Positions 36,572-50,094 of a stretch of DNA of 64,000 nt are shown here, in pieces; the first letter of the stretch is position 1; each line of letters starts with the position of its first letter. The DNA lies in contig JASTWF010000342.1 in NCBI GenBank assembly GCA_030390025.1, forward strand, positions 124,001 through 188,000, read 5' to 3'. The DNA is from Squalus acanthias (Eukaryota). Both the position numbers and the translations under genes were made by a program. The notes under the pieces were generated by a model. The model saw nothing but the letters and a program-made list of their open reading frames with translations, was not told the origin of the DNA and did no database searches.

Positions 36572-38489
36572 ATTGTACTGGTGATGTTCTTTCATGGGTG
36601 TAAAAGACCCATAACTCATAAGCACAGCAAGTGGGAGTCATTTACAAAAGTCTTTCTAAGGAGAGAAAAAAAATGGGAATGCAGTGTCAGCTGGTCTGTT
36701 AATGCTATTTATAAAATCGACACTGTAAAATAAAGTGGGTAATCCTCGACTATAAACCACACAGCATCATCGGCTGGAGTTTGCTCTGGGCGGTGCTGTT
36801 ACCAGCCAGCTTTCCAAAGGTTATACCTAGCTTCAGGTTTAGTTAGGCAACCCCATGTTTCTTTCTACGTGTCCACTGGTAATAATAGTACAAAGCTAAC
36901 GGGGACAGAATGATGCCATTGGGATGGGGAGATTGGCAGAATTACTGTCAAATCTCAATATTAAATATTTGAGAAAAAAAACATGAGTGTTAAGAACCTA
37001 AAATCTAGCAAATTTTATCACGAATTAAAAATAAAATAAGACAAGTTTATCTTCCTAGAATCATTTTCTCAGCAGGACAGAACCACTGCTGTGTGTTTTT
37101 GCATCAGTAAGAGGAAAAGGGGGAGGAGTTGTTAAAAAATGCAACACAATTTTATCTATCAATAACGAATATGCAGAATTCCAAGAATTACCTTGATTCA
37201 GTGCTGGAGAAAATGTTTAATGTTGAAATATCAGGCTTTATGCTGACAGTGAAAGAAAACTATGGTAGCAGAAGTAACGGTTTTGTGCTGCTTGTAAGTG
37301 TAAAAACAAAAGAAGAAAGAACTGTGGTGGAAAATGAGCTCAGCAAAACCACAGTTACCTTGTGCTTTTTATACTAGTCATGAACAAGACGAGCAGAATC
37401 GATAGGCAGCAATGTCATGAGTTGGCTGCATGGCCATGTTCTCTTGTGACATTTAAAAAAAAATCATATACTGTATCACAGCTGGCAACCTGTATCCTCT
37501 ATTTGTATAGGGAGACAAAATGAAGAAAGATATCAAATTGTTCTTTGAATTAAAGGAATACTGAACTGTACCTTCTGAAAAACATTGGTGTAACTTTCCA
37601 TGAAGTAGGTTCATTTTTAATTTAAAATTGGAGAGAAATACAAGTGGCAGTAGAAGTGACATTACAAGGCAAACAGGTAATAGGAAAAAAAAATCATTCT
37701 TTCAGTAAATGATTTACTAGTTCTGTAACTAATTGATACAATGTGTGAATAAATGCAGGACCCCTGGTGTATGGTGACTGTTTATTAATTTTCTGTTATA
37801 AGAGCTCTGTGGGTATCCTTGACTTCATTGCACATCTATCACTCCTTATTATAGATGGAACTTTAATATGCTGCAGGAGAATAGAATTAATAACACGGCG
37901 TTCTAACAGAAGAGAGGCTTGCTTTTTTTTAATCAAAGTGACGACTTCAATTTTTCAATTAATAGGTAATAAACTGAAAATAACTAAATATGGAAAATTA
38001 GTGAAGTGATTGGTGAAAATTAATTATAATCTGAACAACAATATGCTATAATAAGAGTTCACATCTTCCAGTAAAGAAAACTAAAACAATTACCGTTCTC
38101 ATCAGTCTAAGCTAGAGCAAGCTCAATTACACTCTCTTTGCTTGGGTTGTAACAGTAATTTTCATTTCATCCACACACCCTGTCAATTCTGTCTGAGCTG
38201 CCCATGGTAGCAAAATAGAAAACACAGCAGTCATCTAACTCAGGGGAGAAACACAACAAATGAGGTGGATAGGCACTTTGGGCTTAAGATAATGACCTCC
38301 AGAAGCAAAGTCCTGCTATAAACCTCAAGATTTTACGAGATGTTTCCAGTCGTGTTTCAATAAGTACGAAAGTCTACAAAGTAACTATTAATGTGACGGG
38401 AGCTAATTATGCAAAACCGACTTGCCCCATGCAACGGCAACAGGGACAACTTTAGTGCCATCAAGGAAGTCACAGCCTCCCTTCCTCAG

Positions 38490-38921
38490 AGAAAGAAAGA
38501 AAGACTTGCATTTATAAAGCGCCTTTCACAACGTCCCAAAGTTCTTTACAGCCAATGAAGTATTTCCTGAAGTGTAGTCACTGTTGTGGTGTAGGGAAAA
38601 TGCGGCAGCCAATTTGCACACAGCAAGGTCCCAAAAACAGCAATGTGATAATGGCCAGATAATCTGTTTTTAGTGATGTTGGTTGAGGGATAAATGTTGG
38701 CCAGGACACCGGGGATAACTCTCCTGCTCTTCTTCGAAATAGTGCCATGGAATGTTTTATGTCACCTGAGAGGGAAGACAGGGCCTCGCTTTAAGCTCTC
38801 ATCCAAAAGAGGGAGTGCTAGATTATATCAGCCTAGGTTATGTGCTCAAGTCTCTAGAGTGGGGCGTGAACCCACAACATTCTGACTCAGAGGCAAAAGT
38901 GCTCCCACTGAGCCAAGGCTG
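38490..38921 (-). mobile_element. DeuSINE (SacSINE1-like): tRNA head, Deu domain, L2-like tail
   Basis: Minus strand TGGCTCAGTGG..GGGTTCACGCCCC head; CCATGGCACTATTTCGAAGAAGAGCAGG..GTGTCCTGGCCAA core; (TTTC)n tail. Confidence 0.85.
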
Positions 38922-38974
38922 TCACTTGAACGTAGGCTCCGAGCACTGATAGGCCCCTAGAGCCCATTATCTAC

Positions 38975-39360
38975 ATAGAAGTTTACAGAAAGAAGAAGGC
39001 CATTTGGTCCATTGCATCTGTGCTGACTCTGAGCTGAAGCAATCCAGTACTAATCCGGCTCTCTCCCCATAACTCTGTATCTTCTTCTGACTAAAATGTT
39101 TATCCAATTTTCCCTTAAAGGACACAGTGGTCTCTGCCTCAGCCGTTCCCTGTGGCAAAGCATCCCATGCTCCATCACCCCTCTGTGTAAAGACACTTCT
39201 CCTAACCTCTCTCCTCAGTCGTTTAATGAAAATTTTAAATTTCACCAACTACCCAAGCACAGAAAATAGTTTTTCCTTAATCACTCAAAAAACTTCATAA
39301 TTAAAAAAAAACTCTATTATATCTTCTCTTATTCTCCTCTGCTCCAGTAGAACTGGTCCT
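38975..39360 (-). mobile_element. Old CR1 3' fragment
   Basis: EVRRSVFTQR..WDALP..SFKGKLDK. Confidence 0.8.
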
Positions 39361-39737
39361 AGTACATCGAGAGAGTGAAATTTGATAGCGTAAAAAAACG
39401 GGCACAGACGCTGCGATGTGAGATATGTGTGTGCCTGTTCAAAAAGCACAGACAGACATCAATTTGGTGCGGCCTGTTAATTAACAAGACAGGAGTGCAC
39501 AACATAGCGCGTCACCGGAGCGAGGCTAGCATTACTTAAAGCTACCCTGCTCCTCTTCAAGGCAGTTTGCAGCTCTTAAAGCTGAACTGCCTTCTGCACA
39601 TAAAAAATGCTAAAATGCTTCAGCACTAACAGAAATGTGTCAGCAGGTCAGGGAAAGGGCGCCCAAGCTCTCAGTCACAGTACTCCAGCTTTGTGCATGG
39701 GATTAACACAGGGGGCAACTGCACCACTCGCCTCACA

Positions 39738-40105
39738 CACTGGGTATTCTGCAGTGAGTGCCTCACCTCCTGACTTCCCAAAGTCTTTCTACCATCTACA
39801 AGGCACAAGTAAGGAGTGTGATGGAATACTCTGCTCTTGCCTGGATGAGTGCAGCTCCAACAACACTCAAGAAGCTCAACATCATCCAAGTCAAAGCAGC
39901 CCGCTTGATTGGCACCCCATCCACCACCTTAAACATTCACTCCCTCCACCACCGGTGCACCATGGCCGCAGTATGTACCATCTACAAGATGCACTGCAGC
40001 AACTCACCAAGGCTTCTTCAACAGCACCCCCCAAACCCATGACCTCTACCACCTAGAAGGACAAGGGAAGCAGGCGCATGGGAACACCACCACCTCCAAG
40101 TTCCC
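39738..40105 (+). mobile_element. Internal fragment of the tRNA-headed LINE family
   Basis: TIYKAQVRSVMEYS.LAW..APTTLKKL; homologous to 29250-29610. Confidence 0.85.
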
Positions 40106-40937
40106 ACTCCACCTTGCCTCCCGATTAAAATTCCAGCCTCAGAGTCAATGGTGGTATTTCCATTGAAATCAATGGAAGGGAAGTTTGGGCCGGGTGTAAA
40201 TTTGACAGCCAAGTCAATATCACATGATTCAACAGAATATGGCCTAGAAATTTAATGATGCTGTGCCTGTTTTTTGGGGGGCTAATTGGGCACATAAGCT
40301 TCCAATATGGTGGGCAGGAAGCGCATGATCCTTACGAGCCAGAAGTGCATCAACCACCATATTGCTTCAAGCAAAAAAATAGACGTCCAGGAACCACGCC
40401 TGAAACAGGCCTTAAGTCCTTTGCATGTGCAAGTAAGGGGCCTAAGGCCTGTTTCCGGCCCACACTGCAATATTAGGTTGCCCAGAGGCAGCTATTTCCA
40501 ATTGTGTTCAGGAAAACTCTGTGTACATGTGGTCTAAAAAGCAGTCCTTAAAGGGACCGCTGCAGGCCGCCTCCAAAAAGGTAAGATTTTTAAAACGTAC
40601 TTACCTGAATGTGGAGCAGGGAGGATTGGAATGTTCCACCGACCTCCACATTTAAACCATGCAGGTCGCTGTCGGCCACCGCTCCCCACACCCCTCACCG
40701 ATCGCAACCTCGACATCGCTGTCACCACTCTCCTCAACCCTGGCTACTGCAACCCTCTCTCCCGATCGCCACCCTGCCAGTCGCTCCCCCCCCTCTCATT
40801 GATTGTGCCCCTCTCCTGGTCCCCTTTAAAGACTTACCTGAGGGCTGCTGCCGCCAACACAGTAGCCCGAACTTCGCGGCCTCTTCTCTGACAAGCTGTC
40901 TGGGGACATGCATTAAATGTCTGGAGTTCACTGGCTT

Positions 40938-41347
40938 TTTATTCATTCATGGGATGTGGGCATCACTGGGAAAGCCAGCATTTATTGCCCATCCCTTATT
41001 GCCCTTGATAAGATGATGGTAAAACACTTTCTTGACAACTGAGTGGCTTGCTAGGCCACTTCAGAGGGCAGTTAAGGGTCAACCACATTGCTGTCGGCCT
41101 GGAGTCACATATAAGCCAGACCAGGTAAGGATTTCCTGCCCTAAAGGACATTAGTGAACCAGATGGGTTTTTACAACAATCCGATAGTTATATGATCACC
41201 ATTACTAATACTTGCTTTTTTTAAATTCCAGATTTATTTAATTGAATTTAAATTCCCCAGCTGCCGTGGTGGGATTTGAACTCATGTTACCGGATCATTA
41301 GTCCAGGCCTCTGGATTACTAGTCAACACAACTGCTCTGCTACCATT
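40938..41347 (-). mobile_element. tRNA-derived SINE made of the head/core plus 3' tail of the LINE at 29012-32138
   Basis: 41036-41347 matches 31817-32138; 40938-41036 matches ~29030-29125. Confidence 0.9.
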
Positions 41348-41804
41348 CCTGATGTTTGATGATAATGAGGCCCAAGGCCCAATATTAGGTACGCCTTAGG
41401 CTCATCCATGCAACACACAGAGATTGACCACTGAAGCGTTCAAGCGTGAACACATTTTTTCCCTATGGGTCTGCACATAAGTAAAGCACTAAAGTAAAAC
41501 AGCAGAAACAGATATAATGAAACAAATATTCATGCAAATGAAATGAGTGATACTGGTTATAATAAGTTAGAAAAATCATCGATTCTAATTTGCCGGCAGG
41601 AGTTTGGGCTGCAGTCGATGAACGAATTAGCAACAAGAGGGTTAGGAAAAAAACTGAACTGTAAAAACACTTCATTTCATTTAATTAAGTCATACCGTAT
41701 TATAATAAAACAGTAGAGCTTTAGGGAGAAAGGAAGAAGAAATAATGTAAGCAGACAAAGGGATAAAAAGAATAGCAAGGGCATAATACTGGAAAAAAAA
41801 TTCA

Positions 41805-41914
41805 AACAACAGCAACAACAACGTGTATTTATATAGCACCTTTAACGCAGTAAATCACCCCAAGGCACTTCACAGTTGCAATATCAAAAAAAATTTGACA
41901 CTGAGCCACATAAA
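41805..41914 (-). mobile_element. L2-type 3' tail fragment
   Basis: Matches 23368-23470. Confidence 0.7.
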
Positions 41915-43395
41915 GGCCGCAATTTCGCTGACCGAGGCCAGACCGGGGTCGGGGTCGGTGTAGGCACTTGGGTGGTTTAGCCAATGTTCATGCGAAGTTT
42001 CAGGCAATGTGCTGTCATACAGTGAAATCTATATTTTCAACACTTTGCGTTCTTGGACAGATTTGTCTGCACCTTTGGAAGTGGCTTACATAGAAACATA
42101 GAATCTAGGAGCAGGAGTAGGCCATTCGGCCCAGCTCCACCATTCAATACGATCATGGCTGATCATCCAAATCCAGTACCCTGTCGCTGCTTTAATCCCC
42201 ACAGTACACATATCCCACCCTACCCCCGTAACCCCATGTATTTAATTACCCCTAACATATCCCATCCTATCCCCATAACCCCACATATTTAATCCCCCCC
42301 TAACACTAAGAGTCAATTTATCATAGCCAAATCAACCTAACCCACACATTTTTGGATTGTGGGAGGAAACCGGAGCACCCGGAGGAAACCCACGCAGACA
42401 ATGTGCAAACTCCACACAGTCAGTCACCTGAAGTCAGATTCGAACCTGGGTCCCTGGCGCTGTGAGGCACCAGTGCTAACCACTATGCCACCGTGTTGGC
42501 TTAGTGAGTTGCAGTGAATGGTGAGACATAAGGGTAGCATCCCCGCCCCTCCCACCCCCCGTAATGGTGATGAGTGTGAAAGGAATGGCTTGGGCATTGT
42601 AGGAATGCTTTATGTTGTTGGTGTGAGGTGGTGCCAACCTGGCGCATCATGTGGCAGCCAGGATGTACAGCGTCAAGTGAAGTAAATCTGGCCATGGTGA
42701 GGCCATCACTGGCATCCCGGGTAGCAATGTGGTCGGGTGCTGATGCCCTGTGTCCTGTGCAGCATCAGTTGATTGCAGGGAAGTTTGGTGTGGATATTGG
42801 TGCCGCTGGTGTGCCCGGTGATTCTGGTGTTGGGGCTGATTGTGTTGGGATTCTGAGGACCAAGGTGAGATTTTTTCAAGGGCACCGATGCTGATGGAAT
42901 AGATGGTAGGTGAGGTTTACATGACAGAAGCGATCTGTCAATGGTGTGAGTGGTTGTTCCAATGAGGATAGAGAGTTTGCTCCAAACACTTGCTAGCTGC
43001 ATAAAGCTCAATCTGTCTTCCAAATGCAGTAAACAACAGCTTCTGAGCTTGGAAAGTGAAGACCTATGAAATGGTAGCTTTCAAGTTAGTAAATCATCCC
43101 ATGCTGACACAACACCCGACCTCCTTACCTGACGTGATCCCTGAGCAGTGGGGAAGCCATTGGCTAACTCTAAAAATCTAAAGGTAAGCTTAAAATAAGA
43201 CTTAATTGCCTGACAACAATGCATTTAATGATCTAAATTGTCTCCCCCATCGCTTGGTGCCGGGTCTGTTCAGCGCTGTTACCCAGGAACCACACCCCCC
43301 ACCAGCTGCCCCCCCTCACCATCCCTGCCTACATTCTCCTCAGCCACTTGAGCATGGGGCTGATCTAGAAACAGCAGATCAGTTGAATTTCTGAG
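41915..43395 (+). mobile_element. Non-autonomous Harbinger derivative (NA-1), internally deleted
   Basis: Starts GGCCGCAATTT; homologous to 5325-5900 and 7500-7570. Confidence 0.7.
42089..42496 (-). mobile_element. HE1-like V-SINE
   Basis: Near-identical to 15322-15748; TSD TGGCTTA. Confidence 0.9.
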
Positions 43396-43638
43396 GGATT
43401 TTGGCACACATTATCTTGATGTAAGAGGAATAGATTATATCCTGCATATAATTTCTGGCTGGTACTCTTGTTCTCACTTAAAAATACTTTTATTGTGGAC
43501 CATTGTAACTTTAGCTCTTTCTTCAATTATTTGGAATTAGATGGAAGTGCTGAGTATGGTAAAAACTGTTACAAATTTAACTTTTGAGTGATTTTATCTG
43601 ACAATTGTTGTATAATTTTTCTAACATTCATTTTGAAT

Positions 43639-43671
<33 letters not shown>

Positions 43672-43680
43672 GTATATAGA
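43639..43680. repeat. Compound (CT)n(AT)n microsatellite
   Basis: Direct reading. Confidence 0.9.
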
Positions 43681-44246
43681 TGTAAATATATGTATTTCAA
43701 GTTCTCAATGGCACACTGACAAGGAATTTCATTTTTTTAAACAAAAATATAAAGTTATCAAAAATATAGGTTAATCCCTTTGGGATGCAGTTTGCTAAAA
43801 GCTAAATATAAATTTGCACCTGTAGAAATGCTAATACTCTGATTTGTGAGGTGTGTTCTAAAATAAGCTTAACATTTTCAGCAGGCATTCATAGAGTAAA
43901 ACAATACTGCATTACCGATACTAATGTACTATTAATGTTCTGTCATAGGGCTCATGTTTCCAGATCATGTGTCATTAAAATTATAATGGAACTGTCATGT
44001 CATAATATAGGCAGGATTGTTACAATGCCCTGACACATCAAGACGTTCAAGTGATGTCCTAAACCCTGAGAGTGAGATTAAGTTTCTTTCACTATAAGAA
44101 TAATGCTTTATGAGATTAAGAGAAAAAGACTGACACAGAGAAAGGGAGAGAGATAGGCAGACAGGCAGAATACACAAGATGGACTTCACTGGACATAAAT
44201 ATCTATTGGATGCAGTGCTGAACAGATAGGGGAGTTCAAAGACAGA

Positions 44247-47200
44247 GGGGGAAAAATTCGATAGGTTAGTGCCTCCCGTTAGCGCCTGCAGAGGGCGGTA
44301 ATGGGGTGCTGATGCAGTAGCGCCGGGGCGAGGCGAATCCAGCGCTGCATGGCAAATCCGGCCCCCCCTCCCATTGCGCCGCCAGTACGAGTTACCACTG
44401 GGGACTTCAACACCAGGCAGATCATGACAGCAGTGAGCGTGAAATGCTTACTGGGTGCCTGATCTGGAAAATTCATTGTCGCCACTTACCTTTGCGCCTC
44501 GACCAGACAGCAACAGGGAGAGCAGGTGCACAGCTGCAGGAAGCCGGCTCCAGCGACGTTATTTAATGGCATCAGCATTAATCACTCGCAGCTGTCAGGG
44601 CAGGTGAGTTTCAATGGTTTCTTGTCAGTTTCACCCAGTGGATCAGTTTGTATGAGTAATTTCAAGCTTCTTTTTTATCAGCAGTCTTCTGGCAAGTGCA
44701 AAGTGGCTACATTTATTGTTCAAATATTCAAACTGCTACACTTGGCAACATTAATGGGGGCTGTACTGGCATGCCATCTCGCCCTCCAGGATATACAGCA
44801 GAGGGAGTGTAGGCAGCCAGAAATATGGGAACATGTGCACAGAGGGATGAGGGGGGACATCAGGGCTCTCACCAAGAGGTCTTACCCTCCGAGGGTATTC
44901 CGACAGCACTTCTTCTATTTTCAATTAAGGAAGGAGCAGTGTATTAGATGGCTCCGCATCACCAAGGTGATGGTCACAGAACTCTGCCACCTCCTCCAAA
45001 CAGAGCTCCAGCCTCACACCAGAATGACTTAAACCCTAGATCCCTTTTGCTCACCACATGCCAATCTTCTTCTTCTTAGGCAGTCCCTCGGAACCGAGGA
45101 TGACTTGCTTCCACACTAAAAATGTGTTCTCAGGTGACTGATGAGTCCAATGCGGGACCTACAGTCTCTGTCACAGGTGGGGCAGATGGTGGTTGAAGGG
45201 GCGGGTGGGTGGGATGCATGGGTTGAGGTGCGCTCCTTCCGCTGTTTGCGCTTGGCTTCCGCTTGCTCCCGCTGAAGAGACTCGAGGTGTTCGGCACCTT
45301 CCCGGATGCTTCTTCTCCACTTTGTGCGGTCTTGGGCCAGGGATTCCCAGGTGTCAGTGGGGATGTTGCACTTTTTCAAGGAGGCTTTGAGGGTGTTCTT
45401 GAAGTGTTTCCTCTGCCCACCTAGAGCTCTCTTGCTGTGTCGGAGCTCCGAGTAGAGCGCTTGTTTTGGGAGTCTCGTATCGGGCATGCGGACGATGTGG
45501 CCCGTCCATCGGAGCTGATCGATCGTGGTCAAAGCTTTGATGCTGGGGATGTTGGCCTGAGCGAGAACACTGATGTTGGTGCACCTATCCTGCCAATGGA
45601 TTCACAGGATCTTGCGAAGGCAGCGTTGGTGGTACCTCGCCAGTGCTTTGAGGTGCCTGCTGTACATGGTCCATGTCTCTGAAGCATGCAGGAGGGCGGG
45701 TATCACTGCTGCTCTGTAGACCATAAGCTTGGTGCTGGGTTTGAGGTCCTGGTCTTCAAACACTCTCTTTCTCAGGCGACCGAAGGCTGCACTGGCACAC
45801 TGAAGGCGGTGTTGGACTGCATCATCGACGTCTGCCCTTATTGACAGTAGGCTTCCGAGGTATGGAAAGTGGTCCACGTTGTCCCAGGCCTCGTCATGGA
45901 TTTTGATCATTGGGGAGCAGTACTGTGTGGCGGGGACAGGTTGGTAGAGGACTTTTGTCTTACAGATGTTTAGTGTAAGACCCATGCTCTCGTACGCTTC
46001 GGTGAAGGTGTTGACGATGGTTTGGAGTTCGACCTCAGAGTGTGCGAAGAATCAAGCATCATCTGCATACTGTAATTCGATGACAGAGGATGGGATGACT
46101 TTGGATTTGGACTGGAGGTGACAGAGGTTGAACAGTTTCCCGTTTGTTCTGTAGATTAACTCCACTCCAGCGGGGAACTTACTGAGGGTGAGATGGAGCA
46201 TTGCAGCCAGGAAGATCGAGAAGAGCGTTGGTGCGATGACACAGCCTTGCTTGACCCCGGTCCGTACGTGAATTGGGTCTGTGGTGGATCTGTTGGTCAG
46301 GATCATGGCTTGGATGTCGTCATGAAGCAGGCAGAGGATGGTGACAAAGTTTTGAGGGCAGCCGAATTTGAGGAGGACACTCCATAATCCCTGACATTTG
46401 ACGATGTCGAAGGCCTTTGTGAGGTCAAAGAAGGCCATGTACAGCGGTTGGTGCTGTTCCCTGCATTTCTCTTGTAGTTGGCGCGCGGTGAAGATCATGT
46501 CCATTGTGCCCCTTAGTGGGCGGAATCCGCATTGCGACTCTGGGAGGAGCTCCTCAGCCACTGGGAGAAGGCGATTGAGGAGGATTCTTGCGATGACTTT
46601 CCCTGTGGCAGGCAGCAGGGAGACTCCTCTGTAATTCCCGCAATCGGACTTGTCACCTTTCTTGAAGATGGTCACGATTACGGCATCTTTGAGATCCCCT
46701 GGCATGCTCTCCTCCTTCCAAATAAGAGAAATGAGTTAATGTATTCACGCCAATAGTGCATCTCCGCCATGTTTTAGCACCTCGGCGGGGATTCCATCTG
46801 CTCCTGAGGCCTTGTTGTTCTTCAGTTGTTGGATGGCCTTTTCAACCTCATGCCAGGCTGGGATTGTGCTGAGGTGGTTGCGGGTAGCATGCTGCGGGAT
46901 AGAGTTGAGGACACTGGCGTCAAAGACAGAGTCTCGGTTAAGGTTAAGTGCAGGAGATCCAGCAGCTAGCCGACAGCTACAACATGCGTGGATTCTTTAG
47001 CACAGTCAAGACCACCTACGGCCCAAGCACCCAAAGTCCTACCCCACTGCAGGCCAAGAACGGAGAGGTACTCATCAAGGACAGAGAGGCAGTCAGTGCT
47101 CGCTGGAAGTAGCACTTTGAAGATCCTCTTAATCAATCACATGCCAATCATACCATCCCTGTGTCATGCCATATCATAGCATCCTCCTGGGCACAAAGGT

Positions 47201-47849
47201 GAAATGAGAGAGACCACAAAATATTGCAAACTCCATTAATAAATTTATGCATAAACATATCACACATATCACATTCATTCTAATAACTAATGACCCTTGT
47301 GCCTGCCATAGTTGAATAGCTGTCATTGTGTGCAAGGTGTGAGATGTGGGTGTGTGTGTTGGTAGGTAGAGATTGTTTGTGGGTGAGGGCTGGGGGTGTG
47401 GTGCTTTGGGCTTGTGGTACAGATGGTGGTATATAGCATTTGTTGAAGCAGTCAATCACCCATACCACCCGACTGAGATGGATCTTCCATGAGCACACCT
47501 GCTTCAGTCCTCCAGCTCCTTCTCCTTGTTGTGCCTCTCCTTGCTGAGGCAGCTGCACAGCCAGCAATGCTGAGAATGAGATGCTGCAGTATCAATGAAC
47601 CTCCTCTTTAGGTACTGGGAAAAGCCTGTGGCAATGATGAGTTGAGATTAGACTGCACCCGATATTGGTCCACCCTTTGCGTGTAACACCACTGAGCTAG
47701 GCGTTTAAGACTTGATTTAGCGCCCCAATCATTTCTTTGAGCAGTGAGAATGATTTTTGCGGGCAGTCTAAAGCATTAGCGCCTGGCGCTTATTCTCAAA
47801 CTTTTCTAAAGATATCACCCATTCCTGGGCTATAATGAATTTCTAGCCC
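44247..47849. mobile_element. Internally deleted Harbinger (H3, H2 family, inverted) hosting an RTE
   Basis: TIR GGGGGAAAAATTC / GAATTTCTAGCCC; TSD AGA; transposase N-terminus 44754-45028 (MGAVLA..YPPRVFR..VTELCHLLQ). Confidence 0.88.
45067..47137 (-). mobile_element. RTE-clade LINE, 5'-truncated with 5' inversion
   Basis: KKGDKSDCGNYRG, PESQCGFR, GVKQGCVIAP, YADD, C-terminal CPTCDR..LISHLRTH zinc finger; (GAA)n tail; TSD CACATGCCAATC (45055-45066 / 47138-47149). Confidence 0.95.
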
Positions 47850-49200
47850 AGATACTCTGACAATGTAGCCTCCTGCTTTCTTCTCATTGTAATATATATT
47901 ACTCATCTTATTCACCTCAGAAGGATGAAAGGCTGGGTGAACCCTGTTGGAATTCAAATGCAGGACCTTCTGCCCCAAGTCTGCCATTCCGCTGATTGAT
48001 TAGGTGAGATTTGCTTTTGCTATTGGACATGATGAAACTGATAAGTACTTATCTCCCAAGATTATGTTGCTAATATGATTATAATTGGAGGATAATCCAA
48101 TTAGAATGAAAATACCATCCGTTATGTTCATTGAGCAGGCTCGAGGGGCCATATGGCCTACTCCTGCTCCTATTTCTTATGTTCTTATGAACAAGAATTT
48201 CTAGTGGCAGCTTGAAGCAATTGAGTCGGACCTTTAATTAACCAATGCAATAATACTGGAGGTATCTACTGGGAAGTGTGAAACATCCCACTTTCAAAAG
48301 AGGCTTGAGCCAATCTCTGGAGGATCTTTCAGTAGGAATTATGTCATTTTCAGATAAATCATAATGGGAGTTGTCATTGACTTTACTTTTCTCTTTTAGT
48401 GGACTTGTTATATATTGAGTTTGCTGGGGCTTCATTAGGTTATTTGGAAAATTTATGTATCTTTTATACTCATAATATGAGTTAGAAAACTTCCTAAAGT
48501 TATTAAAGTGAATATGTGGCAATCAGAAAACACTAGAAACACAACTACATCAAAATTCAACAACATCTTGCAATGTAGACTTGGTATTCTGCCACACAAT
48601 GAATTTTAAGTACAGATGCTGTAACACAGCAGCCTTAGTAAAATCTGTGACGTGAATCTGTTGAGTGATGACTATAAGAGTCAAAAAGCATCGAGTATCA
48701 GAAGGAAGCAGGGGAAGGACAAGAGAGTAGCAATCCAAATTAATGGTAACAAAAAATGAATCAGTAAAGGACATGGTAATATAAAGGTAAAGGAAAGATG
48801 AGTTTCTCTATAATAAAGCCACTCGGACAAACACTAAAGTAGAAGTTAAAAGTAATAAAGATTATCAAAAATCAGACACAAGAGCTTGGCAGGAAGAAAG
48901 GAGGCAGTGAAGACTAAAGGGTTAATTCCATGACTCTTTGCTCCCCGTGGGGTAATAGTGCTGAGAGGGAGTTGAAAGACCGAGACAGTGCTGTAACATT
49001 GTTGCCCTGATTCTCTGACCTGAGCACAGTGCAAGTGTGGCTCCCTTCTGGGAGTGTGGGGTTGTAGATTAGCCTTTAAAAGAAACAAATCACAGAAAGG
49101 AAAGGAATTAAATTAGTAATAAGACAGACTCATTTTCTGACTCATCTGTCTTCCACCAGTACTGTGTAAAATAATGGAATCAATTTTAGGATAAAATTTG

Positions 49201-49478
49201 AGGAACATAGGAACAGGAGTAGGCCATTCAGCCCCTCGAGCTTGTTCCACCATTCAATGAGATGATGGCTGATCTGCGATCTAACTCCATATTCCCGCCT
49301 TTGTCCCATATCCCTTAATACCTTTGGTTAACAAAAATCTATCAATCTCAGCTTTAAAATTAACTATTGACCTAGCACCAACTGCCTTTTGCAGAAGAGA
49401 GTTCCAAACTTCTACCACCCTTTGTGTGTAGAAGTGTTTCCTAATTTCATTCCTGAAAGGTCTGGCTCTAATTTTTAG
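49201..49478 (-). mobile_element. Old CR1 3' end, continuing at 53200-53258, 53664-53737 and 54889-54905
   Basis: Reverse complement matches 2430-2795 once the three insertions are removed. Confidence 0.85.
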
Positions 49479-50053
49479 GACATTCAGCCTCGGATCTGCG
49501 GGTAAGCGTTCTCCAAGGCAACCTTAGAAACACACGACAACGCAAAATCATCGAGCAGAAACTGATAGCCAAGTTCCGCACTCATGAAGACGGTCTCAAT
49601 CGGGATCTTGGGTTTATGTCACGATACATGACGTGATCCGGACTCGAGTCGTCGTTAGCTTGTTCACAGATGTGATTCCCAGTAAAAAAGTAAAAATTTT
49701 CCCAGTAAAAAAGTAATTTTTTTTTAAAGCTTTTCGTTTTACATACAGACGGCAGCTTTTGACACGTTGGAACCCCTGCGACTACACCTCATTGTCTCAG
49801 TTGTATCTTGCTATGTCTTTTGATGTGGTACCTTCCTGGCTGACTTAATTAACTTTATCACACCTCGGCAGATAGTCAGGATGATTTAATTTATTGGTCT
49901 GCAATTGTAAAGTACACATGCTTTTTTTTCCATCTATATATGCTCTGGCGATTCTGTATCCAATTTACTTCACCTGAGGAAGGAGTGATAGCTCCGAAAG
50001 CTTGTGATTTCAAATAAAACTGTTGGACTATAACCTGGTGTTGTGCGACCTCT
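49477..50053 (+). repeat. Upstream pseudo-LTR (partial tandem copy of ORF end + 3' UTR)
   Basis: 577 bp, offset 3137 from the second copy; I see one A/T difference (~49717). Confidence 0.95.
49970..50007 (+). ncRNA. Minimal type I hammerhead ribozyme (P2 upstream pLTR)
   Basis: TCAC-CTGAGGA-A-GGAG-TGATAG-CTCC-GAAAGCTT-GTGA: core CUGANGA/GAAA, stems I and II, palindromic AGCT stem III. Confidence 0.85.
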
Positions 50054-50094
50054 CAATTTTGTCCACCCCAGTCCAACACCGGCATCTCCGCATC

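Noticed and set aside
41525..41545. Octamer ATGCAAAT as an enhancer
   Set aside because: A single 8-mer in AT-rich DNA is expected by chance; conservation data are needed.
50023..50094. 916-aa ORF start given by the track
   Set aside because: It starts at a TTG inside the pLTR; the first ATG is at 50095.
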